Source of the DNA: the human T2T-CHM13v2.0 reference genome, Homo sapiens
Assembly (NCBI RefSeq): GCF_009914755.1
Contig: NC_060943.1
Length of the DNA: 64,000 nucleotides
Direction: 5' to 3' (one strand)
The notes under the pieces were generated by a model, which was not told the DNA's origin, ran no database searches, and saw nothing but the letters and a program-made list of their open reading frames with translations. The translations under genes were made by a program, and so were the position numbers. Shown here piece after piece: positions 47,705-61,900 of this stretch. How positions within the stretch are numbered: position 1 is the stretch's first letter; every line of letters begins with the position of its first letter.

Positions 47705-50700
47705 GAATTCTCAGTAACTTCCTTGTGTTGTGTGTATTCAACTCACAGAGTTGAACGATCCTTTACACAGAGCAGACTTGAAACACTCTTTTTGTGGAAT
47801 TTGCAAGTGGAGATTTCAGCCGCTTTGAGGTCAATGGTAGAAAAGGAAATATCTTCGAATAAAAACTAGACAGAATGATTCTCAGAAACTCCTTTGTGAT
47901 GTGTGCGTTCAACTCACAGAGTTTAACCTTTCTTTTCATAGAGCAGTTAGGAAACACTCTGTTTGTAAAGTCTGCACGTGGATATTTGGACTTCTCTGAG
48001 TCCTTCGTTGGAAACGGGTTTTTTTCATGTAAGGCTAGACAGAAGAATTCTCAGTAACTTCCTTGTGTTGTGTGTATTCAACTGACAGAGTTGAACTTTC
48101 ATTTAGAGAGAGCAGATTTGAAACACTGTTTTTGTGGAATTTGCAAGTGGAGATTTCATGCGCTTTGGGGCCAAAGGCAGAAAAGGAAATATCTTCGTAT
48201 AAAAACTAGACAGAATCATTATCAGAAAATGCTCTGTGATGTGTGCGTTCAGCTCTCAGAGTTTAACTTTTCTTTTCATTCAGCACTTTGGAAACACTCT
48301 GTTTGTAAAGTCTGCACGAGGATATTTTGACCACTTAGAGGTCTTTGTTGGAAACGGGTTTTTCTCACGTAAGGCTAGACAGAAAAATTTCTAGTAACTT
48401 CCTTGTGTTGTGTATATTCAACTCACAGAGTTGAACGATCCTTTACACAGAGCAGATTTGAAACACTCTTTTTGTGGAATTTGCAAGTGGAGATTTCAGC
48501 CGCTTTGAGGTCAATGGTAGAACAGGAAATATCTTCGTATAGAAACTAGACAGAATGATTCTCAGAAACTCCTTTGGATGTGTGCGTTCCACTCACAGAG
48601 TTTAACCTTTCTTTTCATAGAGCAGTTAGGAAACACTCTGTTTGTAAAGTCTGCACCTGGATATTTGGACTTCTTTGAGGCCTTCGTTGGAAACGGGTTT
48701 TTTTCATGAAAGGCTAGACAGAAGAATTCTCAGTAACTCCCTTGTGTTGTGTGTATTCAACTGACAGAGTTGAACTTTCATTTAGAGAGAGCAGATTTAT
48801 AACACTGTTTTTGTGGAATTTGCAAGTGGAGATTTCAGCCGCTTTGGGGCCAAAGGCCGAAAAGGAAATATCTTCGTATAAAAACTAGACAGAATCATTC
48901 TCAGAAAATGCTCTGTGATGTGTGCGTTCAACTCTCAGAGTTTAACTTTTCTTTTCATTCAGCACTTTGGAAACACTCTGTTTGTAAAGTCTGCACGTGG
49001 ATATTTTGACCACTTAGAGGTCTTTGTTGGAAACGGGTTTTTTTCACGTAAGGCTAGACAGAAGAATTCCCAGTAACTTCCTTGTGTTGTGTGCATTCAA
49101 CTCACAGAGTTGAACGTTCCCTTAGACAGACCAGATTTGAAACACTCTATTTGTGCAATTTGCAAGTGTAGATTTCAAGCGCTTTGAGGTCAATGGCAGA
49201 AAAGGAAATATCTTCGTTTCAAAACTAGACAGAATCATTCCCACAAACTGCGTTGTGATGTGTTCGTTCAACTCACAGAGTTTAACCTTTCTGTTCATAG
49301 AGCAGTTAGGAAACACTCTGTTTGTAAAGTCTACAAGTGGATATTCAGACCTCCTTGAGGCCTTCGTTGGAAACGGGATTTCTTCATATTCTGCTAGACA
49401 GAAGAATTCTCAGAAACTTCCTTGTGTTGTGTGTATTCAACTCACAGAGTTGAACGATCCTTTACACAGAGCAGAATGAAACACTCTTTTTGTGGAATTT
49501 GCAAGTGGAGATTTCATCCACTTTGAGGTCAATGGTAGAAAAGGAAATATCTTCGTATAAAAACTAGACAGAATGATTCTCAGAAACTCCTTTGTGATGT
49601 GTGCGTTCAACTCACAGAGTTTAACCTTTCTTTTCATAGAGCAGTTAGGAAACACTCTGTTTGTAAAGTCTGCACGTGGATATTTGGACTTCTCTGAGGC
49701 CTTCTTTGGAAACGGGTTTTTTTCATGTAAGGCTACACAGAAGAATTCTCAGTAACTTCCTTGTGTTGTGTGTATTCAACTGACAGAGTTGAACTTTCAT
49801 TTAGAGAGAGCAGATTTGAAACACTGTTTTTGTGGAATTTGCAAGTGGAGATTTCAAGCGCTTTGGGGCCAAAGGCAGAAAAGGAAATATCTTCGTATAA
49901 AAACTAGACAGAATCATTCTCAGAAAATGCTCTGTGATGTGTGCGTTCAACTCTCAGAGTTTAACTTTTCTTTTCATTCAGCACTTTGGAAACACTCTGT
50001 TTCTAAAGTCTGCACGTGGATATTTTGACCACTTAGAGGTCTTTGTTGGAAACGGGTTTTTTTCACGTAAGGCTAGACAGAAGAATTCCCAGCAACTTCC
50101 TTGTGTTGTGTGCATTCAACTCACAGAGTTGAACGTTCCCTTAGACAGACCAGATTTGAAACACTCTATTTGTGCAATTTGCAAGTGTAGATTTCAAGCG
50201 TTTTGAGGTCAATGGCAGAAAAGGAAATATCTTCGTTTCAAAACTAGACAGAATCATTCCCACAAACTGCGTTGTGATGTGTTCGTTCAACTCACAGAGT
50301 TTAACCTTTCTGTTCATAGAGCAGTTAGGAAACACTCTGTTTGTAAAGTCTGCAAGTGGATATTCAGACCTCCTTGAGGCCTTCGTTGGAAACGGGATTT
50401 CTTCATATTCTGCTAGACCGAAGAATTCTCAGTAACTTCCTTGTGTTGTGTGTATTCAACTCACAGAGTTGAACGATCCTTTACACAGAGCAGACTTGAA
50501 ACACTCTTTTTGTGGAATTTGCAAGGGGAGATTTCAGCCGCTTTGAGGTCAATGGTAGAAAAGGAAATATCTTCGTATAAAAACTAGACAGAATGATTCT
50601 CAGAAACTCCTTTGTGATGTGTGCGTTCAACTCACAGAGTTTAACCTTTCTTTTCATAGAGCAGTTAGGAAACACTCTCTTTGTAAAGTCTGCACGTGGA

Positions 50701-53480
50701 TATTTGGACTTCTCTGAGGCCTTCGTTGGAAACGGGTTTTTTTCATGTAAGGCTAGACAGAAGAATTCTCAGTAACTTCCTTGTATTGTGTGTATTCAAC
50801 TGACAGAGTTGAACTTTCATGTAGAGAGAGCAGATTTGAAACACTGTTTTTGTGGAATTTGCAAGTGGAGATTTCAAGCGCTTTGGGGCCAAAGGCAGAA
50901 AAGGAAATATCTTCGTATAAAACTAGACAGAATCATTCTCAGAAACTGCTCTGTGATGTGTGCGTTCAACTCTCAGAGTTTAACTTTTCTTTTCATTCAG
51001 CACTTTGGAAACACTCTGTTTGTAAAGTCTTCACGAGGATATTTTGACCACTTAGAGGTCTTTGTTGGAAACGGGTTTTTTTCACATAAGGCTAGACAGA
51101 AGAATTCCCAGCAACTTCCTTGTATTGTGTGCATTCAACTCACAGAGTTGAACGATCCTTTACACAGAGCAGATTTGAAACACTCTATTTGTGCAATTTG
51201 CAAGTGTAGATTTCAAGCGCTTTGAGGTCAATGGCAGAAAAGGAAATATCTTCGTTTCAAAACTAGACAGAATCATTCCCACAAACTGCGTTGTGATGTG
51301 TTCGTTCAACTCACAGAGTTTAACCTTTCTGTTCATAGAGCAGTTAGGAAACACTCTGTTTGTAAAGTCTGCAAGTGGATATTCAGACCTCCTTGAGGCC
51401 TTCGTTGGAAACGGGATTTCTTCATATTCTGCTAGACCGAAGAATTCTCAGTAACTTCCTTGTGTTGTGTGTATTCAACTCACAGAGTTCAACGATCCTT
51501 TACACAGAGCAGACTTGAAAAAATCTTTTTGTGGAATTTGCAAGTGGAGATTTCAGCCGCTTTGAGGTCAATGGTAGAAAAGGAAATATCTTCGTATAAA
51601 AACTAGACAGAATGATTCTCAGAAACTCCTTTGTGATGTGTGCGTTCAACTCACAGAGTTTAACCTTTCTTTTCATAGAGCAGTTAGGAAACACTCTGTT
51701 TGTAAAGTCTGCACGTGGATATTTGGACTTCTCTGAGGCCTTCGTTGGAAACGGGTTTTTTTCATGTAAGGCTAGACAGAAGAATTCTCAGTAACTTCCT
51801 TGTGTTGTGTGTATTCAACTGACAGAGTTGAACTTTCATTTAGAGAGAGCAGATTTGAAACACTGTTTTTGTGGAATTTGCAAGTGGAGATTTCAAGCGC
51901 TTTGGGGCCAAAGGCAGAAAAGGAAATATCTTCGTATAAAAACTAGACAGAATCATTCTCAGAAAATGCTCTGTGATGTGTGCATTCAACTCTCAGAGTT
52001 TAACTTTTCTTTTCATTCAGCACTTTGGAAACACTCTGTTTGTAAAGTCTGCACGTGGATATTTTGACCACTTAGAGGTCTTTGTTGGAAACGGGTTTTT
52101 TTCACGTAAGGCTAGACAGAAGAATTCCCAGTAACTTCCTTGTGTTGTGTGCATTCAACTCACAGAGTTGAAAGTTCCCTTAGACAGACCAGATTTGAAA
52201 CACTCTATTTGTGCAATTTGCAAGTGTAGATTTCATGCGCTTTGAGGTCAATGGCAGAAAAGGAAATATCTTCGTTTCAAAACTAGACAGAATCATTCCC
52301 ACAAACTGCGTTGTGATGTGTTCGTTCAACTCACAGAGTTTAACCTTTCTGTTCATAGAGCAGTTAGGAAACACTCTGTTTGTAAAGTCTGCAAGTGGAT
52401 ATTCAGACCTCCTTGAGGCCTTCGTTGGAAACGGGATTTCTTCATATTCTGCTAGACCGAAGAATTCTCAGTAACTTCCTTGTGTTGTGTGTATTCAACT
52501 CACAGAGTTGAACGATCCTTTACACAGAGCAGACTTGAAACACTCTTTTTGTGGAATTTGCAAGTGGAGATTTCAGCCGCTTTGAGGTCAATGGTAGAAA
52601 AGGAAATATCTTCGTATAAAAATTAGACAGAATGATTCTCAGAAACTCCTTTGTGATGTGTGCGTTCAACTCACAGAGTTTAACCTTTCTTTTCATAGAG
52701 CAGTTAGGAAACACTCTCTTTGTAAAGTCTGCACGTGGATATTTGGACTTCTCTGAGGCCTTCGTTGGAAACGGGTTTTTTTCATGTAAGGCTAGACAGA
52801 AGAATTCTCAGTAACTTCCTTGTGTTGTGTGTATTCAACTGACAGAGTTGAACTTTCATGTAGAGAGAGCAGATTTGAAACACTGTTTTTGTGGAATTTG
52901 CAAGTGGAGATTTCAAGCGCTTTGGGGCCAAAGGCAGAAAAGGAAATATCTTCGTATAAAACTAGACAGAATCATTCTCAGAAAATGCTCTGTGATGTGT
53001 GCGTTCAACTCTCAGAGTTTAACTTTTCTTTTCATTCAGCACTTTGGAAACACTCTGTTTGTAAAGTCTGCACGAGGATATTTTGACCACTTAGAGGTCT
53101 TTGTTGGAAACGGGTTTTTTTCACGTAAGGCTAGACAGAAGAATTCCCAGTAACTTCCTTGTGTTGTGTATATTCAACTCACAGAGTTGAACGATCCTTT
53201 ACACAGAGCAGATTTGAAACACTCTTTTTGTGGAATTTGCAAGTGGAGATTTCAGCCGCTTTGAGGTCAATGGTAGAAAAGGAAATATCTTCGTTTCAAA
53301 ACTAGACAGAATCATTCCCACAAACTGCGTTGTGATGTGTTCGTTCAACTCACAGAGTTTAACCTTTCTTTTCATAGAGCAGTTAGGAAACACTCTGTTT
53401 GTAAAGTCTGCAAGTGGATATTCAGACCTCTTTGAGGCCTTCGTTGGAAACGGGATTTCTTCATGTTCTGCTAGACAGAA
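47705..53480 (+). repeat. Run of mostly regular 6-mer HORs (1019-1020 bp), preceded by a 4-mer
   Basis: Y dimers at ~48081, 48760, 49779, 50799, 51818 and 52838. ORF spacing 49122/50141/51160/52180/53199. Block-specific CAGCACTTTGG, GAGGTCTTTGTTGG and GACTTCTCTGAG. Confidence 0.88.
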
Positions 53481-56400
53481 GAATTCTCAGTAACTTCCTT
53501 GTGTTGTGTGTATTCAACTCACAGAGTTGAACGATCCTTTACAGAGAGCAGTCTTGAAACACTCTTTTTGTGGAATTTGCAAGTGGAGATTTCTGCCGCT
53601 TTGAGGTCAATGGTAGAATAGGAAATATCTTCCTATAGAAACTAGACAGAATGATTCTCAGAAACTCCTTTGTGATGTGGGCGTTCAACTCACAGAGTTT
53701 AACCATTCTTTTCATAGAGCAGTTAGGAAACACTCTGTTTGTAAAGTCTGCATGTGGATATTTGGACTTCTTTGAGGCATTCGTTGGAAACGGGATTTTT
53801 TCATGTAAGGCTAGACAGAAGATTTCTAAGTAACTTCCTTGTGTTGTGTGTATTCAACTGACAGAGTTTAACTTTCATTTGGAGAGAGCAGATTTGAAAC
53901 ACTGTTTTCGTGGAATTTGCAAGTGGAGATTTCAAGCGCTTTGGGGCCAAAGGCAGAAAAGGAAATATCTTCGTATAAAAACTAGACAGAATCATTCTCA
54001 GAAACTGCTCTGTGATGTGTGCGTTCAACTCTCAGAGTTTAACTTTTGTTTTCATTCAGCAGTTTGGAAACACTCTGTTTGTAAAGTCTGCACGTGGATA
54101 TTTTGACCACTTAGAGGCCTTCGTTGGAAACTGGTTTTTTTCAAGTAAGGCTAGACAGAAGAATTCCCAGTAACTTCCTTGTGTTGTGTGCATTCAACTC
54201 ACAGAGATGAACGTTCCCTTAGACAGAGCAGATTTGAAACACTCTATTTGTGCAATTTGCAAGTGTAGATTTCAAGCGCTTTAAGGTCAATGGCAGAAAA
54301 GGAAATATCTTCGTTTCAAAACTAGACAGAATCATTCCCACAAACTGCGTTGTGATGTGGTCGTTCAACTCACAGAGCTTAACCTTTCTGTTCATAGAGC
54401 AGTTAGGAAACACTCTGTTTGTAAAGTCTATAAGTGGATATTCTGACATCTTGTGGCCTTCGTTGGAAACGGGATTTCTTCATATTCTGCTAGACAGAAG
54501 AATTCTCAGTAACTTCTTTGTGTTGTGTGTATTCAACTCACAGAGTTGAACGATCCTTTACACAGAGCAGACTGGAAACACTCTTTTTGTGGAATTTGCA
54601 AGTGGAGATTTCAGCCGCTTTGAGGTCAATGTTAGAATAGGAAATATCTTCCTATAGAAACTAGAGAGAATGATTCTCAGAAACTCCTTTGTGATGTGTG
54701 CGTTCAACTCACAGAGTTTAACCTTTCTTTTCATAGAGCAGTTAGGAAACACTCTGTTTATAAAGTCTGCAAGTGGATATTCAGACCTCTTTGAGGCCTT
54801 CGTTGGAAACGGGATTCCTTCATATTCTGCTAGACAGAAGAATTCTCAGTAAGTTCCTTGTGTTGTGTGTATTCAACTCACAGAGTTGAACGATCCTTTA
54901 CACAGAGCAGTCTTGAAACAGTCTTTTTGTGGAATTTGCAAGTGGAGATTTCTGCCGCTTTGAGGTCAATGGTAGAATAGGAAATATCTTCCTATAGAAA
55001 CTAGACAGAATGATTCTCAGAAACTCCTTTGTGATGTGTGCGTTCAACTCACAGAGTTTAACCATTCTTTTCATAGAGCAGTTAGGAAACACTCTGTTTG
55101 TAAAGTCTGCATGTGGATATTTGGACTTCTTTGAGGCCTTCGTTGGAAACGGGTTTTTTTCATGTAAGGCTAGACAGAAGAATTCTCAGTAACTTCCTTG
55201 TGTTGTGTGTATTCAACTGACAGAGTTGAACTTTCATTTAGAGAGAGCAGATTTGAAACACTGTTTTTGTGGAATTTGCAAGTGGAGATTTCAAGCGCTT
55301 TGGGGCCAAAGGCAGAAAAGGAAATATCTTCGTATAAAAACTACACAGAATCATTCTCAGAAACTGCTCTGTGATGTGTGCATTCAGCTCTCAGAGTTTA
55401 ACTTTTCTTTTCATTCAGCAGTTTGGAAACACTCTGTTTGTAAAGTCTGCACTGGATATTTTGACCACTTAGAGGCCTTCGTTGGAAACGGGTTTTTTTC
55501 ATGTAAGGCTAGACAGAAGAATTCCCAGTAACTTCCTTGTGTTGTGTGCATTCAACTCACAGAGATGAAAGATCCCTTAGACAGAGCAGATTTGAAACAC
55601 TCTATTTGTGCCATTTGCAAGTGTAGATTTCAAGCGCTTTAAGGTCAATGGCAGAAAAGGAAATATCTTCGTTTCAAAACTAGACAGAATCATTCCCACA
55701 AACTGCGTTGTGATGTGTTCGTTCAACTCACAGAGTTTAACCTTTCTGTTCATAGAGCAGTTAGGAAACACTCTGTTTGTAAAGTCTGTAAGTGGATATT
55801 CTGACATCTTGTGGCCTTCGTTGGAAACGGGATTTCTTCATATTCTGGTAGACAGAAGAATTCTCAGTAACTTCCTTGTGTTGTGTGTATTCAACTCACA
55901 GAGTTGAACGATCCTTTACACAGAGCAGACTTGAAACACTCTTTTTGTGGAATTTGCAAGTGGAGATTTCAGCCGCTTTGAGGTCAATGGTTGAATAGGA
56001 AATATCTTCCAATAGAAACTAGACAGAATGATTCTCAGAAACTCCTTTGTGATGTGTGCGCTCAACTCACAGAGTTTAACTTTTCTTTTCATAGAGCAGT
56101 TAGGAAACACTCTGTTTATAAAGTCTGCAAGTGGATATTCAGACCTCTTTGAGGCCTTCGTTGGAAACGGGAGTTCTTCATATTCTGCTAGACAGAAGAA
56201 TTCTCAGTAACTTCCTTGTGTTGTGTGTATTCAACTCACCGAGTTGAACGATCCTTTACACAGAGCAGACTTGAAAGACTCTTTTTGTGGAATTTGCAAG
56301 TGGAGATTTCAGCCGCTTTGAGGTCAATGGCAGAAAAGGAAATATCTTCCTATAGAAACTAGACAGAATGATTCTCAGAAACTCCTTTGTGATGTGTGCG

Positions 56401-58913
56401 TTCAACTCACAGAGTTTAACCTTTCTTTTCATAGAGCAGTTAGGAAACACTCTGTTTATAAAGTCTGCAGGTGGATATTCAGACCTCTTTCAGGCCTTCG
56501 TTGGAAACGGGTTTTTTTCATGTAAGGCTAGACAGAAGAATTCTCAGTAACTTCCTTGTGTTGTGTGTATTCAACTGACAGAGTTGAACTTTCATTTAGA
56601 GAGAGCAGATTTGAAACACTGTTTTTGTGGAATTTGCAAGTGGAGATTTCAAGCGCTTTGGGGCCAAAGGCAGAAAAGGAAATATCTTCGTATAAAAACT
56701 AGACAGAATCATTCTCAGAAACTGCTCTGTGATGTGTGCGTTCAACTCTCAGAGTTTAACTTTTCTTTTCATTCAGCAGTTTGGAAACACTCTGTTTGTA
56801 AAGTCTGCACGTGGATATTTTGACCACTTAGAGGCCTTCGTTGGAAACGGGTTTTTTTCATGTAAGGCTAGACAGAAGAATTCCCAGTAACTTCCTTGTG
56901 TTGTGTGCATTCAACTCACAGAGATGAACGTTCCCTTAGACAGAGCAGATTTGAAACAGTCTATTTGTGCAATTTGCAAGTGTAGATTTCAAGCGCTTTA
57001 AGGTCAATGGCAGAAAAGGAAATATCTTCGTTTCAAAACTAGACAGAATCATTCCCACAAACTGCGTTGTGAAGTGCTCGTTCAACTCACAGATTTTAAC
57101 CTTTCTGTTCATAGAGCAGTTAGGAAACACTCTGTTTGTAAAGTCTGTAAGTGGATATTCTGACATCTTGCGGCCTTCGTTGGAAACGGAATTTCTTCAT
57201 ATTCTGCTAGACAGAAGAATTCTCAGTAACTTCTTTGTGTTGTGTGTATTCAACTCACAGAGTTGAACGATCCTTTACACAGAGCAGACTTGAAACACTC
57301 TTTTTCTGGAATTTGCAAGTGGAGATTTCAGCCGCTTTGAGGTCAATGGTAGAATAGGAAATATCTTCCTATAGAAACTAGACAGAATGATTCTCAGAAA
57401 CTCCTTTGTGATGTGTGCGTTCAACTCACAGAGTTTAACCTTTCTTTTCATAGTGCAGTTAGGAAACACTCTGTTTATAAAGTCTGCAAGTGGATATTCA
57501 GACCTCTTTGAGGCCTTCGTTGGAAACGGGATTTCTTCATATTCTGCTAGACAGAAGAATTCTCAGCAACTTCCTTGTGTTGTGTGTATTCAACTCACAG
57601 AGTTGAACGATCCTTTACACAGAGCAGAATTGAAACACTGTTTTTGTGGAATTTGCAAGTGGAGATTTCTGCCGCTTTGAGGTCAATGGCAGAAAAGGAA
57701 ATATCTTCCTATAGAAACTAGACAGAATGATTCTCAGAAACTCCTTTGTGATGTGTGCGTTCAACTCACAGAGTTTAACCTTTCTTTTCATAGAGCAGTT
57801 AGGAAACACTCTTTATAAAGTCTGCAAGTGGATATTCAGACCTCTTTCAGGCCTTCGTTGGAAACGGGTTTTTTTCATGTAAGGCTAGACAGAAGAATTC
57901 TCAGTAACTTCCTTGTGTTGTGTGTATTCAACTGACAGAGTTGAACTTTCATTTAGAGAGAGCAGATTTGAAACACTGTTTTTGTGGAATTTGCAAGTGG
58001 AGATTTCAAGCGCTTTGGGGCCAAAGGCAGAAAAGGAAATATCTTCGTATAAAAACTAGACAGAATCATTCTCAGAAACTGCTCTGTGATGTGTGCGTTC
58101 AACTCTCAGAGTTTAACTTTTCTTTTCATTCAGCAGTTTGGAAACACTCTGTTTGTAAAGTCTGCACGTGGATATTATGACCACTTAGAGGCCTTCGTTG
58201 GAAACGGGTTTTTTTCATGTAAGGCTAGACAGGAGAATTCCCAGTAACTTCCTTGTGTTGTGTGCATTCAACTCACAAAGATGAACGTTCCCTTAGACAG
58301 AGCAGATTTGAAACAGTCTATTTGTGCAATTTGCAAGTGTAGATTTCAAGCGCTTTATGGTCAATGGCAGAAAAGGAAATATCTTCGTTTCAAAACTAGA
58401 CAGAATCATTCCCACAAACTGCGTTGTGAAGTGCTCGTTCAACTCACAGATTTTAAACTTTCTGTTCATAGAGCAGTTAGGAAACACTCTGTTTGTAAAG
58501 TCTGTAAGTGGATATTCTGACATCTTGTGGCCTTCGTTGGAAACGGAATTTCTTCATATTCTGCTAGACAGAAGAATTCTCAGTAACTTCTTTGTGTTGT
58601 GTGTATTCAACTCACAGAGTTGAACGATCGTTTACACAGAGCAGACTTGAAACACTCTTTTTGTGGAATTTGCAAGTGGAGATTTCAGCCGCTTTGAGGT
58701 CAATGGTAGAATAGGAAATATCTTCCTATAGAAACTAGACAGAATGATTCTCAGAAACTCCTTTGTGATGTGTGCGTTAAACTCACAGAGTTTAACCTTT
58801 CTTTTCATAGTGCAGTTAGGAAACACTCTGTTTATAAAGTCTGCAAGTGGATATTCAGACCTCTTTGAGGCCTTCGTTGGAAACGGGATTTCTTCATATT
58901 CTGCTAGACAGAA
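53481..58913 (+). repeat. Run of four 8-mer HOR variants (~1358 bp; X-Y-Z plus one plain dimer)
   Basis: ORF spacing 54219/55577/56936/58293 and 54558/55916/57275/58632. Shared markers AGATGAA, CTGACATCTTG and GTTTATAAAG. Confidence 0.88.
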
Positions 58914-61900
58914 GAATTCTCAGTAACTTCCTTGTGTTGTGTGTATTCAACTCACAGAGTTGAACGATCCTTTACAAAGAGCAGACTTGAAACACTCTTT
59001 TTGTGGAATTTGCAAGTGGAGATTTCAGCCGCTTTGAGGTCAATGGTAGAATAGGAAATATCTTCCTACAGAAACTGGACAGAATGATTCTCAGAAACTC
59101 CTTTGTGATGTGTGCGTTCAACTCACAGAGTTTAACCTTTCTTTTCATAGAGCAGTTAGGAAACACTCTGTTTATAAAGTCTGCAAGTGGATATTCAGAC
59201 CTCTTTGAGGCCTTCGTTGGAAACGGGATTTATTCATATACTGCTAGACAGAAGAATTCTCAGTAACTTCCTTGTGTTGTGTGTATTCAACTCACAGAGT
59301 TGAACGATCCTTTACACAGAGCAGACTTGAAACACTCTTTTTGTGGAATTTGCAATTGGAGATTTCAGCCGCTATGGGGTCAATGGTAGAATAGGAAATA
59401 TCTTCCTATAGAAACTAGACAGAATGATTCTCAGAAACTCCTTTGTGATGTGTGCGTTCAACTCACAGAGTTTAACCTTTCTTTTCATAGAGCAGTTGGG
59501 AAACACTCTGTTTATAAAGTCTGCATGTGGATATTCAGACCTCTTTGAGGCCTTCGTTGGAAACGGGATTTCTTCATATTCTGCTAGACAGAAGAATTCT
59601 CAGTAACTTCCTTGTGTTGTGTGTATTCAACTCACAGAGTTGAACGATCCTTTACACAGAGCAGTCTTGAAACAGTCTTTTTGTGGAATTTGCAAGTGGA
59701 GATTTCTGCCCCTTTGAGGTCAATGGTAGAATAGGAAATATCTTCCTATAGAAACTAGACAGAATTATTCTCAGGATCTCCTTTGTGATGTGGGCGTTCA
59801 ACTCACAGAGTTTAACCATTCTTTTCATAGAGGAGTTAGGAAACACTCTGTTTGTAAAGTCTGCATGTGGATATTTGGACTTCTTTGAGGCCTTCTTTGG
59901 AAACGGGATTTTTTCCTGTAAGGCTAGACAGAAGAATTCTCAGTAACTTCCTTGTGTTGTGTGTATTCAAGTGACAGAGTTGAACTTTCATTTAGAGAGA
60001 GCAGATTTGAAACACTGTTTTTGTGGAATTTGCAAGTGGAGATTTCATGCGCTTTGGGGCCAAAGGCAGAAAAAGAAATATCTTCGTATAAAAACTAGAC
60101 AGAATCATTCTCAGAAACTGCTCTGTGATGTGTGCGTTCAACTCTCAGAGTTTAACTTTTCTTTTCATTCAGCAGTTTGGAAACACTCTGTTTGTAAAGT
60201 CTGCACGTGGATATTTTGACCACTTAGAGGTCTTCGTTGGAAACGGGATTTTTCATGTAAGGCTGGACAGAAGAATTCCCAGTAACTTCCTTGTGTTGTG
60301 TGCATTCAACTCACAGAGATGAACGTTCCCTTAGACAGAGCAGATTTGAAACACTCTATTTGTGCCATTTGCAAGTGTAGATTTCAAGCGCTTTAAGGTC
60401 AATGGCAGAAAAGGAAATATCTTCGTTTCAAAACTAGACAGAATCATTCCCACAAACTGCGTTGTGATGTGTTCGTTCAACTCAGAGAGTTTAACATTTC
60501 TGTTCATAGAGCAGTTAGGAAACACTCTGTTTGTAAAGTCTGCAAGTGGATACTCAGACCTCTTTGAGGCCTTCTTTGGAAACGGCATTTCTTCATATTA
60601 TGCTAGACAGAAGAATTCTCAGTAACTTCCTTGTGTTGTGTGTATGCAACTCACAGAGTTGAACGATCCTTTACACAGAGCAGACTTGAAACACTCTTTT
60701 TGTGGAATTTCCAAGTGCAGATTTCAGCCGCTTTGAGGTCAATGGTAGAAAAGGAAATATCTTCGTATAAAAACTAGACAGAATGATTCTCAGAAACTCC
60801 TTTGTGATGTGTGCGTTCAACTCACAGAGTTTAACTTTTCTTTTCATAGAGCAGTTAGGAAACACTCTGTTTGTAAAGTCTGCAAGTGGATATTCAGACC
60901 TCTTTGAGGCCTTCGTTGGAAACGGGATTTCTTCATATGCTAGACAGAAGAATTCTCAGTAACTTCCTTGTGTTGTGTGTATTCAACTCACAGAGTTGAA
61001 CGATCCTTTACACAGAGCAGACTTGAAACAGTCTTTTTGTGGAATTTGCAAGTGGAGATTTCTGCCGCTTTGAGGTCAATGGTAGAATAGGAAATATCTT
61101 CGTATAAAAACTAGACAGAATGATTCTCAGAAACTCCTTTGTGATGTGTGCGTTCAACTCACAGAGTTTAACCTTTCTTTTCATAGAGCAGTTAGGAAAC
61201 ACTCTGTTTGTAAAGTCTGCAAGTGGATATTCAGACCTCTTTGAGGCCTTCTTTGGAAACGGGATTTCTTCATATTCTGCTATACAGAAGAATTCTCAGT
61301 AACTTCCTTGTGTTGTGTGTATTCAACTCACAGAGTTCAACGATCCTTTACACAGAGCAGACTTGAAACACTGTTTTTGTGGAATTTGCAAGTGGAGATT
61401 TCAGCCGCTTTGCGGTCAATGGTAGGATAGGAAATATATTCCTATAGAAACTAGACAGAATGATTCTCAGAAACTCCTTTGTGATGTGTGCGTTCAACTC
61501 ACAGAGTTTAACCTTTCTTTTCATAGAGCAGTTAGGAAACACTCTGTTTGTAAAGTCTGCACGTGGATATTCAGACGTCTTTGAGGCTTTCTTTGGAAAC
61601 GGGATTTCTTCATATTCTGCTAGACAGAAGAATTCTCAGAAACTTCCTTGTGTTGTGTGTTTTCAACTCACAGAGTTGAACGATCCTTTACACAGAGCAG
61701 ACTTGAAACACTCTTTTTGTGGAATTTGCAAGTGGAGATTTCAGCCGCTTTGAGGTCAATGGTAGAAAAGGAAATATCTTCGTATAAAAACTAGACAGAA
61801 TGATTCTCAGAAACTCCTTTGTGATGTGTGCGTTCAACTCACAGAGTTTAACCTTTCTTTTCATAGAGCAGTTAGGAAACACTCTGTTTGTAAAGTCTGC

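Noticed and set aside
50788-51225. Longest ORF (145 aa)
   Set aside because: It arises from a 1 bp deletion in an A-run (~50920) fusing two repeat frames plus a chance stop loss. There is no evidence of coding function.
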